This document shows positions 28,664-37,320 of a stretch of DNA of 64,000 nucleotides, piece after piece; position 1 is the stretch's first letter; each line of letters starts with the position of its first letter. Source of the DNA: an uncultured Microthrixaceae bacterium (GTDB lineage: Bacteria > Actinomycetota > Acidimicrobiia > Acidimicrobiales > Acidimicrobilacustridaceae); contig CAWCSY010000006.1 of the NCBI GenBank assembly GCA_963798355.1, forward strand, positions 528,959 through 592,958. Reading direction: 5' to 3'. Both the position numbers and the translations under genes were made by a program. Under the pieces are notes generated by a model. The model was not told the DNA's origin. It did no database searches and saw nothing but the letters and a program-made list of their open reading frames with translations.

Positions 28664-29592
28664 GCATCGCCGACCTCGACGAGTTGATCGTGGCGGCCGA
28701 GGCCGTCCTCGGACGCACTCCCGCCGGCACCGGGGCCCTGGCCGAGCTCGGGTGGGTACCGACCGGCGACCCGGCCGACGACGCCTGGCGATCCCAGTAC
28801 GCGGCGTTGTTCCAGGCGCAGGGCCGCGTCCTCGCGGCCACACCGGCACTGGGCATCGCCGTGGCCCAGGTCATCACGGGGGGAGATGTCGACCTGTCGG
28901 TCGTCGCCGCCGGCCGAGCTCGACGGCTCGGTGACCGGATCCATCTGACCGGCACGCTGCTCCAGACCTCGAAGCTCGTCGTCACCCTCGACGGTCGCAC
29001 CTTCGAGGTCGACCCCGCCGACCTCCACGACGTCGAACCGGGCGAGGCGCTGGACCCCACCGCGGTCAGTGCCGGGTGGGTCGCCGAGAACCGGTTGGTC
29101 GAGATCGGTGGCGGATCGGCGCGCTGGCCGCAGGCGCAGGCAGTGGCCCGACTCGCCATCGCGTTCGAGACGCTGGGGGCGTGCGAGCACCTGCTCGTCA
29201 CCGCCGTGCAGTACACGCGGGACCGCCACCAGTTCGGCAAGCCGATCGGCTCCTTCCAGGCGGTGCAGCACATCCTCGCCGGCGCGCACGTGCAGCTGTG
29301 CGGGTTGCGCGACGGCGCGCTCACCGTGCTCGACGTGCTGATGGACGGGGCGGTCCTGCCGTTCGAGGAGATCCTGCTGCTGAAGGCACTGGCCGGCCGG
29401 ACCGGGCGGGTCGTGGGACAAGCGACGCTGCAGGTGCTCGGAGCCGTCGGGTTCACGTTCGAACACGAGCACCATCGCTACCTGCGTCGAACGCTCACCC
29501 TCGACTCGTTCTACGGGACCGTGGAGGAGGTCACGCTCGAGCTGGGCACCACTGCGCTCCGTGACGGCATCGTGCCGGCCGCCGTCCTCTAG
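28660..29592 (+). CDS. acyl-CoA dehydrogenase-like protein with a shortened N-terminus (candidate partner subunit)
   Basis: GTG 28660 overlaps the upstream stop (GTGA). 310 aa. ACAD C-terminal helical domain RDRHQFGKPIGSFQAVQHILA. Confidence 0.8.
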   Translation: MSIADLDELIVAAEAVLGRTPAGTGALAELGWVPTGDPADDAWRSQYAALFQAQGRVLAATPALGIAVAQVITGGDVDLSVVAAGRARRLGDRIHLTGTLLQTSKLVVTLDGRTFEVDPADLHDVEPGEALDPTAVSAGWVAENRLVEIGGGSARWPQAQAVARLAIAFETLGACEHLLVTAVQYTRDRHQFGKPIGSFQAVQHILAGAHVQLCGLRDGALTVLDVLMDGAVLPFEEILLLKALAGRTGRVVGQATLQVLGAVGFTFEHEHHRYLRRTLTLDSFYGTVEEVTLELGTTALRDGIVPAAVL

Positions 29593-29608
29593 AGGTCTGG
29601 CGCCGGGC

Positions 29609-30283
29609 CTACTCGATCGGCATGCCTATGGCGTTGGCCCACAGCACCGTCAGTTGGTCGACGGTCTGATCGAGGTCGAAGTCCTGGGCATGGATGTAGA
29701 TCTGGTCGGCCAGGAACGCCACCATGCCGCCGAGGGCGTTGGCTGCGAACCACGCGTCGACCTTCGGATCGGCCAGTCCCTGCTCCTGGTAGCTGATCGT
29801 GCGCCGTTCGATCAGGTGGGCGAACTCGTTCTGCCGCTGGATGCGCGTCGCAGCCACCTCCTCGTCGAAGGTCGCGACCTGCTGGATCACGCGGATGATC
29901 CCTGCGTTGTCCCGGAAGTGCTCGAGGTACTGGCGGTTGGCCGAACGGATCCGTTCGATCGGGGCGAGCTCGTGGGTGGCCTCGACCCGCAGCAGATCGA
30001 GCTCGACCGAGTCGGCGACCTCGTTGAAGATCTCCTCCTTCGACACGAAGTACGTGTAGAAGGAGCCGTGCGAGATGTTGGCCTCGGCACAGATGTCCAC
30101 GATGCGGGCGTGCAGGAAGCCGTCGCGTTCGAAGACCTTGCGAGCCCCGTCCACCAGGAGCTGGCGGGTGCGCCGTCCCCGGACGGTCCGACCGGTGCCC
30201 CGGCGCTTGGCCGGTGGCTCGTCGTCGGGGTCGTCCCGATAGCTGCGGCTTGCGTTCGGTAGCCGGGTCTGTCGCTGCGTCAC
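29609..30283 (-). CDS. TetR family transcriptional regulator
   Basis: GTG start at 30283. HTH ARIVDICAEANISHGSFYTYFVSKEEIF. It is divergent from the thioesterase gene, with motif copy 3 between them. Confidence 0.9.
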   Translation of the reverse strand: MTQRQTRLPNASRSYRDDPDDEPPAKRRGTGRTVRGRRTRQLLVDGARKVFERDGFLHARIVDICAEANISHGSFYTYFVSKEEIFNEVADSVELDLLRVEATHELAPIERIRSANRQYLEHFRDNAGIIRVIQQVATFDEEVAATRIQRQNEFAHLIERRTISYQEQGLADPKVDAWFAANALGGMVAFLADQIYIHAQDFDLDQTVDQLTVLWANAIGMPIE

Positions 30284-30364
30284 ACGCCCTCCTCGATCGA
30301 GAGTTGTACGGACTCTGGGGCGGCCTGGGGAGCCGGATCTCGGCTCCGCTCACGAGGGGCCGGG

Positions 30365-30400
30365 TCAAGTGTCGACATCGACATCGATGTGAGAGAATCT
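30365..30400 (+). promoter_or_regulatory. operator/promoter motif copy 3
   Basis: TCAAGTGTCGACATCGACATCGATGTGAGA GAATCT. Three tandem TCGAYR hexamers, 57 nt upstream of ATG 30457 and 82 nt from the TetR start. Confidence 0.55.
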
Positions 30401-30456
30401 ACCCCTTCGAGCACGACGGGCCGTCCGTGGGACGGGGTGGGGAGGCACACGCGCAG

Positions 30457-31263
30457 ATGGTCGAGTCCCCGGCAACCGGCGAGCCGACGTCCGTGTTCGA
30501 GTCCGACGGCAACGTGTGCACGCCCACCGAGGCGGCCCGAGGTCCGTGGGACCCCGACGCCCTGCACGGTGCGGCGGTCGCCGCGCTGCTGGCCGGCTCG
30601 CTCGAGGCAGAGGGCCAGGTGGTGGTCCGGGTGCTGGTCGAGCTCCACCGTCCCGTCCCCTTCGAGCCCCTCTCGATCGAGCTCGGCCCGACCGACGGTG
30701 GCCGACGGGTCAAGCGGCAGTTCGCGACGTTGTCCGCACAGGGGCGGACCGTCGCCAGCGCCTCCGCCACCCGGATCCGGTCGACCGAGGTGACCCTGCC
30801 CGCCGGGGCCACCGACCATCCCGTCACGTTCGACCCGGCCATGGCACCGGATCTGACCACGCCGAACCGCCACGCCGCCACCGTGGTCGGTCGGCCGTCG
30901 TTCGACAGCGTGGCGATGGCCACCACGTGGGAGATGGCCACGAGGCCGGGGCCCCGGAAGCTCTGGCTGCGACTGCTGATCCCCATCGTCTCGGGACGGG
31001 AGACGTCCGGTGTGCAGCGAGCGGTGGCGGCCGCGGACTACGGGACGAACGGCACATACGCCCGGCTCCCGTTCGCCGAATGGTCGTACATGAACGCGGA
31101 TCTGACCGTCAGCTTGTCGAGGCCACCGGTCGGTGAGTGGATCGGCATGGAGACCGACGGCATCGTGGCGGCCACCGGCACCGGGCTGTCGATCGCGCAG
31201 GTCCACGACCAGGGCGGCCGCGTCGGTCAGTCCGCCCAGTCGCTGCTCATCGAGTCGCGCTGA
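30457..31263 (+). CDS. thioesterase-like (hot-dog fold) protein
   Basis: ATG 30457 follows GGGGAGG. 268 aa. GPWDPDALHGAAVAALLA resembles acyl-CoA thioesterase-like superfamily members. Called by resemblance only. Confidence 0.65.
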   Translation: MVESPATGEPTSVFESDGNVCTPTEAARGPWDPDALHGAAVAALLAGSLEAEGQVVVRVLVELHRPVPFEPLSIELGPTDGGRRVKRQFATLSAQGRTVASASATRIRSTEVTLPAGATDHPVTFDPAMAPDLTTPNRHAATVVGRPSFDSVAMATTWEMATRPGPRKLWLRLLIPIVSGRETSGVQRAVAAADYGTNGTYARLPFAEWSYMNADLTVSLSRPPVGEWIGMETDGIVAATGTGLSIAQVHDQGGRVGQSAQSLLIESR

Positions 31264-32455
31264 CACGTCGCTCACGGGGGTCCCGAGGGAGGCCGAGGCC
31301 GCGCTCGGCGATGAGGTTCCGCTGGATCTCGTCGGTCCCGCCGCCGATCCGCAGTCCCGGGGCGAAGAGGAACCGTTCGGCCCACACCTCGAAGCCGGCT
31401 GCCCCACCGGCGATCGACGACGCGCCGAGCAGCGCCATCGCCGAGTTGGCGGTCTGTCGGGCGTGCTCGGAGTACAGGAGCTTCACGACCGAACCTCCGG
31501 CCACGACGGGCTGATCGGTCTGGAGCCGGCCCACCAGCAGGTCGAGCAGGGTCTCACGGATGTGGGCGGCCGCCAGCTCCTGGCGGACGAGTGGATCGTC
31601 CGCCCGCCCGAGCTGGCGAGCGTGGTCGATCAGCATGGTGGCCCCGCGGGCGCTCGTGCCGCCCCCGATGGCCGAGCGTTCGCTGGTCAGGACCGTTCGG
31701 GCGACCGTCCACCCCTGACCGACGTTGCCGATGCGGGCGGTGTCGGGCACGCGCACATCGGTGATGAACACCTCGTTGAAGTGATACGACCCGGAGAGCT
31801 CGCGAATCGGGCGGACCTCGATGCCCGGGTCGTGCAGGTCGACCACGAAGCAGGTGAGCCCGGCGTGACCGGGTTCGTCCGGGTCGTTGCGCATCAGTGC
31901 GATGCCGAAATCGGCGCTGCCCGCGACGGAGGTCCACACCTTCTGTCCGGACAGCACCCAGCTTTCGCCATCGGGGGTGGCCCGCCCCTTCACGCCAGCG
32001 AGGTCGGACCCGGCGTCGGGCTCGGAGAACAGCTGGCACCAGACCTCCTCGGCGCGGAGGATCGGGGCGATGTACCGGTTGCGCTGCTCGTCGGTCCCGT
32101 GCTCGAGCAGGGTGGTGGTCACCATCTGCAACCCCACCGCCAGCGCCTTGGTCGACACCCCGTAGGGCGAGGCCTCGGCTGCGAACAGCTCCTCGGCCCA
32201 TCTCCCCCGACCCGCGCCGCCCCACTCCGAGGGGATCGAGAGCCCGGCCCACCCGCCTTCGTGCAGCTCCTGTTGCCAGGAGGCGACGCGGGCGATCACG
32301 GCGCGCTCGTGCTCGACGAAGCCCTCGAGCGTTGCCGCTCCGGCGAGGTGCGCCGTCGAGAAGTCCTCGGGCGATCCCTTCGCGGGGGCACGGTCGGCCA
32401 GCCAGTCCCGGGCGCTCTGGCGGAACGCCTCGACCTCTGCCGCGTCGGTGCTCAT
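31247..32455 (-). CDS. acyl-CoA dehydrogenase
   Basis: 402 aa. ATG 32455 overlaps the upstream stop (ATGA). Contains WCQLFSEPDAGSDLAG and GGGTDEIQRNLIAERGLGLP. Confidence 0.9.
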   Translation of the reverse strand: MSTDAAEVEAFRQSARDWLADRAPAKGSPEDFSTAHLAGAATLEGFVEHERAVIARVASWQQELHEGGWAGLSIPSEWGGAGRGRWAEELFAAEASPYGVSTKALAVGLQMVTTTLLEHGTDEQRNRYIAPILRAEEVWCQLFSEPDAGSDLAGVKGRATPDGESWVLSGQKVWTSVAGSADFGIALMRNDPDEPGHAGLTCFVVDLHDPGIEVRPIRELSGSYHFNEVFITDVRVPDTARIGNVGQGWTVARTVLTSERSAIGGGTSARGATMLIDHARQLGRADDPLVRQELAAAHIRETLLDLLVGRLQTDQPVVAGGSVVKLLYSEHARQTANSAMALLGASSIAGGAAGFEVWAERFLFAPGLRIGGGTDEIQRNLIAERGLGLPRDPRERRVSATR

Positions 32456-32886
32456 CGCGGCAGCCCGAGGACCCGTGCCGCATTGCCTCGGAGGAACTTC
32501 GGCCACACGTCGTCCTCGAAGCCGACGGCGGGCAGCTCGGTCATGATCCGCTCGAGCGAGAGGCCCATGGGGAAGTAGCCGCCGTAGACGAAGCGGTCGG
32601 GGTGCTGCTCGAGCGCGGCGTCCGCGGGGCCGCCGGTGGCGGCCGAGACCATCGCGATGTCGACCCCCCAACGGTCCATCTCCGCCAGGGTGTGGCCGAC
32701 CGGATCGTCGTCCGCCGCGAACCCCTTCTCGGGGACCGCCTTGAACATGTACTCCACCGGCATCTCGAACTCGTCCTGCGTCTGCGTGTCCCGGATCTGC
32801 GCGCGGATCTCGGCGTAGGCGCCACGCAGATCCGCGTGCGGGAACCCGATCATCGTGTCGATGATCCCGACATCGGACGGCATCAC
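32452..32886 (-). pseudogene. amidohydrolase-2 family gene with a probable large in-frame internal deletion (144 aa left)
   Basis: An N-terminal block (IIDTMIGFPHADL...EMDRWGVDIAMVS...HPDRFV) runs straight into a C-terminal block (YFPMGLSLERIMTELPAVGFEDDVWPKFLRGNAARVLGL). The central barrel that carries the metal ligands is missing. Confidence 0.55.
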
Positions 32887-34061
32887 GGAACCGCGACTCC
32901 GAGCAGCTCGAGCGCGTTGTCACGGGCTATCCGCTTCGTCGTCGCCTCGTCCGCCCACGACAGCGACTCGGTCACGAAGTCCACCGGTTCGACGACGCCT
33001 TCCGCGTGCGGCCAGTCGGATCCGAACAGCAGTCGGTCCGCGGGCACATGGTCAATGAGCGCGGCGATGTCGTCCTCCCAGAACGGAGTGACCCACACCC
33101 GCTCGGTGAAGACATCGGTCGGGTGCTGGGTGAAGTACCCGGGGTTCCGGTTGGCTGCGTCGCTGAGACGATGGAGGAGATCGGGGGTCCAGGAGGCTCC
33201 GTTCTCGACGCTGGCGAACTGGATCTGGTCGAAGCGCTCGAACAGCAGCTGGCAGACCGCGGCGGCGTAGAAGTCCGAGACGGCGCGGCCCTTCGAGATC
33301 ACGCCGCGCAGGGGGCTGCGGAACAGCGAGCTCTCCGCACCGGACTCCCACATGTTCACGACGGCGTCGTAGCCCTCGAGGCCGGCGTGGGTGGCGACCA
33401 CGACGCCGCTCTCGTTCACCAGGCCCCAGAACTCGTCGTAGTCGGGTTCGAACGGCGACCGGTGGCCTCCCGGCACGGGGACCGGGGCGTTGCGGATGTT
33501 GATCGCCACCGCACCCAGATCGAGCACCCTCCGCAGCTCGACGGCCGCGGCGTGCGGGTCGAGGAGCTGGATGTACGGAACCGCGAAGAGGCGGCTCTTG
33601 TAGTTGTAGCCCCAGTCATCCTCCAACCACCGGTTGAACGCCTCGAACACGGCCACCGTGGCGCCCTTGTCGTGCTTGATCGCGTCCTCGATCCCGACGC
33701 CGAGCGTGGGGAACAAGAGCGTGCCGCCGAGGCCCTGCTCGTCCATCACCGCCAGGCGGGCATCACGGTCGCGGTACTCCGGACGGATCGGCTCGAGCTC
33801 ACCGAACGCGTCCTTCAGCGCCTTCTGATCGGGGTTGCCCCGGTACCAGGAGTACAGCGCGCCGGGCCTGGAGACCGGGTCGAACGTCGGGTTCACGATG
33901 TAGCTGTTCAGCTGGCCGCCGACGAGGAGCCGCTCGCGTCCCTTCACCGTGACCCACTGCACGCCCCGGCTCCGCAGCTTCGGGTCGAGGTGCCGGGTGA
34001 ACGCATCCGTCGCCTCGTAGTAGTGGTTGTCGAAGTCGAAGAGGTTGAACCCGAGGGTCAT
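32883..34061 (-). CDS. amidohydrolase-2 family metal-dependent hydrolase
   Basis: 392 aa. Contains FDFDNHYYE and LLFGSDWPHAEG. 4-nt overlaps at both ends. Confidence 0.85.
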   Translation of the reverse strand: MTLGFNLFDFDNHYYEATDAFTRHLDPKLRSRGVQWVTVKGRERLLVGGQLNSYIVNPTFDPVSRPGALYSWYRGNPDQKALKDAFGELEPIRPEYRDRDARLAVMDEQGLGGTLLFPTLGVGIEDAIKHDKGATVAVFEAFNRWLEDDWGYNYKSRLFAVPYIQLLDPHAAAVELRRVLDLGAVAINIRNAPVPVPGGHRSPFEPDYDEFWGLVNESGVVVATHAGLEGYDAVVNMWESGAESSLFRSPLRGVISKGRAVSDFYAAAVCQLLFERFDQIQFASVENGASWTPDLLHRLSDAANRNPGYFTQHPTDVFTERVWVTPFWEDDIAALIDHVPADRLLFGSDWPHAEGVVEPVDFVTESLSWADEATTKRIARDNALELLGVAVP

Positions 34062-35362
34062 GGTGCCTGCACCGGGGGAGGGCCCGACGTTCCCCGTCCG
34101 TCGGTGACGAAGCGGCAGTCGAGCGAATGTATGCCGTGCACGAACGCGCCCGCGAGGAGGTCCGGCTCACCCACGTCGAACACGCTCACCGACTGGGCGA
34201 GCTCGCCGAACACGCACCGCAGCTGTGCTCGGGCCAGGTTGGCCCCGAGGCAGAAGTGCGGTCCGCCGCCACCGAACCCGACGTGGTCGTTCGGCTGGCG
34301 GGTTATGTCGAATCGCCACGGGTCGACGAACACGCGCTCGTCCCGGTTGCCCGACCCATAGAACATGACCACGTGGTCCCCGGCCGAGATGGCCTGGTCG
34401 CCGATGGACGTGTCGGTCGTGGCCGTGCGACGGAACGTCATCACCGGAGTGGCCCAGCGCACGATCTCGTCGACTGCGGTGGGCAGCCACCGCTCGGGCT
34501 CGCGGCACAGCAGGTCCCACTGATCGGGGTTCTCCGCGAAGGCCATGACGCCATGGGTGATCGAGCTCCGGGTGGTGTCGTTGCCGGCCACCGCGAGGAG
34601 GACGGTGAAGGCGCCGATCTCCTGATCGGTCAAGCGCTCGCCGTCGACCTCGGCCTGCACCAACGCGGTGAGCAGATCGTCGGAGGGGTGCTCGCGTCGT
34701 TCGGCCGCGAGCTCCGAACCCAGTACCGACAGCGTGATCCCTGCGGTCAGCACCGCGGTGAACGGGTCGTCGTGGTCGGCGGTGAACTTGGGATCCTGCG
34801 CGGTGACCATCAGGTTGGCGGCCTCCCGCAACTCGACCTGCCGGTCAAGTGGGACGCCGAGCATCTCCGAGATCGTCCAGAGCGGCAGTTGCATCGACAG
34901 GTCCGCGACCAGGTCGCAGGTTCCCTTCGCCACCGCGGCGCCCACGATCGTGCGGGCTTGCACGTGGATCTGGGCCTCGATGACCGCGACCTGCTTGGGG
35001 GTGAAGGCCCGGCTGACCAGGCGGCGCAGCTGCGTGTGGCGGGGGGCGTCGGTCATCAGGAACGACCCGAACGGCTCGTTGTACTCCGCAGGGATGTCGC
35101 TGAAGCCGACGCCCCTGCCGCTGCAGTACTGCTCGGGATGGCGGCTGACGTGCACGATGTCCGCGTGCGTGGTCGCGGCCCAGAACCCTGGTCCGGAGGT
35201 CTCGAGGCCGAGCTCGACCGGTCGGTGGAACGTCACCGACGGCCTGCTCCGGAGGACGGCGAAGGCGACGTCTCGCTCGCGCATCGTCGTGTTCCAGAAC
35301 GCTCTCGCGGAGATGTCGACGGGGTCGAAGGGTCGAGTGACTGCTTCGGTTCCACTGGGCAC
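34058..35362 (-). CDS. cytochrome P450, CYP125-like by heme-loop resemblance
   Basis: GTG start at 35362, 434 aa. Heme loop GFGGGGPHFCLGANLARAQL. The conserved N-terminus PFDPVDISARAFW requires this start. The rest of ORF 34058..36514 is out-of-frame overlap with the ligase gene. Confidence 0.85.
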   Translation of the reverse strand: MPSGTEAVTRPFDPVDISARAFWNTTMRERDVAFAVLRSRPSVTFHRPVELGLETSGPGFWAATTHADIVHVSRHPEQYCSGRGVGFSDIPAEYNEPFGSFLMTDAPRHTQLRRLVSRAFTPKQVAVIEAQIHVQARTIVGAAVAKGTCDLVADLSMQLPLWTISEMLGVPLDRQVELREAANLMVTAQDPKFTADHDDPFTAVLTAGITLSVLGSELAAERREHPSDDLLTALVQAEVDGERLTDQEIGAFTVLLAVAGNDTTRSSITHGVMAFAENPDQWDLLCREPERWLPTAVDEIVRWATPVMTFRRTATTDTSIGDQAISAGDHVVMFYGSGNRDERVFVDPWRFDITRQPNDHVGFGGGGPHFCLGANLARAQLRCVFGELAQSVSVFDVGEPDLLAGAFVHGIHSLDCRFVTDGRGTSGPPPVQAP

Positions 35363-35370
35363 GGTCGACC

Positions 35371-35405
35371 AGCCTAGTCTCAACGTCGATGTCAAGTTTG
35401 ATGTC
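35371..35405 (-). promoter_or_regulatory. operator/promoter motif copy 4 (internal promoter for the P450, probably leaderless)
   Basis: On the minus strand it reads GACATCAAACTTGACATCGACGTTGAGAC TAGGCT. The -10 box ends 8 nt before GTG 35362. Confidence 0.6.
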
Positions 35406-35409
35406 TGCG

Positions 35410-37023
35410 CTACTTGAGTAGGCGGCCCAGGGCTGCGGTGTGCTCTGGATCGAGCGCCACCAGCGGTCCCCCCTTCACGGACCGCCAGAACGTGTGGGGC
35501 GCGTTCCATGCCTCCCGGCGCAGCCGCGTCTTGTCGATCTTCATGCTCGCCAGCTTCGGCAGGTCGTCGCTCGTGCGGATGAACGCCGGGATCCACTTCG
35601 GGCCCAGGTCGATCTGCGCAGCCAGGAACCGGTCGAGGTCCTCGGGGTCGAAGGTGGAAGGGTCGGGGAGCTCGAGTGCGGCCATGACCCGATCCCCGAC
35701 CGGGTCGTCCGGCACGGCGTAGACCGCGACGGATCGGAGGCCCGGGTAGCGGGAGAGGATGGCCTCGACCGGTCCGGCGGAGAAGTTCTCCCCGTCGACG
35801 CGAAGCCACTCGTTGCTCCGTCCCGCGAAGTAGAACCAGCCGTCGGCATCGCGGTAGGCCAGGTCGCCGGACCAGTAGAAGCCTTCGCGGAACCGTTCGG
35901 TGGTGGCTTCCGCGTTCTTGTAGTAGCCCTCGAAGCCGGCGGCCGGAGTCGTGTTCACGATCTCGCCGGTTGCCGCCTCCACGTTCAGCAGCCGACCGTC
36001 CGGGCTGCGCTCGATGCGAGGACATTCGAGGGCGGTCGACGGGTCGAGCACGACGGTACCGGCATCGGCGAGGCCGAGCGCACCGGCCGGCATGGTCGAG
36101 TCGCGCCGGATGATGATCATCCCCTCGGTCGACCCGTAGCTGTCGCGGACCTCGCAGGAGAACCGGCCGGCGAAGGTGCGGATGTCCGCCTCGGAGGCCT
36201 CGTTGCCGACGGCCATCCGGAGCGGGTTGTCGCCGTCGTCGGCAGACGGGGGCACCGCGAGGATGTAGTTGAGGACCTTGCCGGTGTAGGTGAGCAGGGT
36301 GGCGTCCATCCGACGGATGTCGCCCATCGTCTTCGAGGCGGAGAAGCGGGATCGGGTCCCGAACGGGACCTGGGCGTTGAACGCCGCGGCCATCCCGGTG
36401 AACAGCGAGCTCGAGTGGAAGAACGGCAGCGGCGAGTAGACCGCGCCGCCATCGGCCAGTCCGGCGATGTTGGCCACGTGCGCTCCCGTCCGAGCGAACC
36501 GTCCCTGCGTGCAACGGACCGCCTTGGGGAAGTTCGTGGAGCCGGAGGTGAAGATGAGGAGGAACAGGTCCTCGTCATCGGCGGGCTCCCGGTCCCGATC
36601 GGCGTCGACGGCATCGAGCGCGGCGGTGTAGCGAGGGTCATCGGTGCGCACGAGGCGGCTGCGGTCGAGGCCGGTCGGCGAGGCATCGAGCAGGTCGCCG
36701 TAGGTGGCGGAGGTGACGACCAGCTGGCAGTCGCTGTGGGTGATCAACCGGGCCAGCTCGTCGCCCCGGTAGGTCGCGTTGATCCCGACCACCGCGGATC
36801 GGGTGAGCGCAGCCGCGCCGAGCCAGAAGACGTACTCGGGGGTGTTGTCGAGGAGCACGCCGATGTGCGGCGGCTGGTCCGGGTCGCGGACCCGGTCCCA
36901 CCAGGCGGCGCGTCGACGGATCTCGCCGGCGAGCTGGCGATAGGTGAAGGACTGGTCCTCGAAGTGCAGAGCCGGCTCGTCGCTGTCGGCGTTGCGGAGG
37001 AAGAGCTCGGACGCGGAGGTCAT
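35410..37023 (-). CDS. AMP-dependent acyl-CoA synthetase/ligase (FadD-like)
   Basis: 537 aa. Contains LIFTSGSTNFPKAV, YGSTEG, GDLAYRDADGWFYFAGR. Confidence 0.9.
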   Translation of the reverse strand: MTSASELFLRNADSDEPALHFEDQSFTYRQLAGEIRRRAAWWDRVRDPDQPPHIGVLLDNTPEYVFWLGAAALTRSAVVGINATYRGDELARLITHSDCQLVVTSATYGDLLDASPTGLDRSRLVRTDDPRYTAALDAVDADRDREPADDEDLFLLIFTSGSTNFPKAVRCTQGRFARTGAHVANIAGLADGGAVYSPLPFFHSSSLFTGMAAAFNAQVPFGTRSRFSASKTMGDIRRMDATLLTYTGKVLNYILAVPPSADDGDNPLRMAVGNEASEADIRTFAGRFSCEVRDSYGSTEGMIIIRRDSTMPAGALGLADAGTVVLDPSTALECPRIERSPDGRLLNVEAATGEIVNTTPAAGFEGYYKNAEATTERFREGFYWSGDLAYRDADGWFYFAGRSNEWLRVDGENFSAGPVEAILSRYPGLRSVAVYAVPDDPVGDRVMAALELPDPSTFDPEDLDRFLAAQIDLGPKWIPAFIRTSDDLPKLASMKIDKTRLRREAWNAPHTFWRSVKGGPLVALDPEHTAALGRLLK

Positions 37024-37173
37024 CGTGCGGTACCGCCCCCAGTGCAGGTCAGGCGAACACGGCCGACGCTACGGCGTCGAGCACGCTCGGATCGGGCATC
37101 TCGAGGAGCAGGGTGTGGGTCGGGGACGTGCGGTGTCGCAACGGCGGAACGGAAGGATCCATCGAGCGCACGG

Positions 37174-37203
37174 TAGATACTCTCAATATCGACGTCAACT
37201 TTG
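37174..37203 (-). promoter_or_regulatory. operator/promoter motif copy 5
   Basis: On the minus strand it reads CAAAGTTGACGTCGATATTGAGAG TATCTA. About 150 nt upstream of ligase ATG 37023. Confidence 0.6.
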
Positions 37204-37220
37204 TGTAGATGGTCGCGATT

Positions 37221-37251
37221 CATCGACTTCGACATCAAGTTTGAGTATGTT
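37221..37251 (+). promoter_or_regulatory. operator/promoter motif copy 6
   Basis: CATCGACTTCGACATCAAGTTTGAG TATGTT. About 70 nt upstream of ATG 37321. Confidence 0.55.
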
Positions 37252-37320
37252 CGCCACCGAACAGCGGCGTCCGACTCCACCTGCGTCGGCGCGTCCAGGA
37301 CAACCGGGGGACATGGCTGC

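Noticed and set aside
30371-30388. Tandem TCGACA TCGACA TCGATG hexamers, considered as a possible micro-repeat or CRISPR-like array
   Set aside because: The units are only 6 nt with no spacers. They are better explained as the hexamer-triplet operator.
35363-36514. N-terminal 384 codons of ORF 34058..36514
   Set aside because: This part overlaps the acyl-CoA ligase gene in another frame and is Arg/Pro-rich. P450 homology only begins at GTG 35362.
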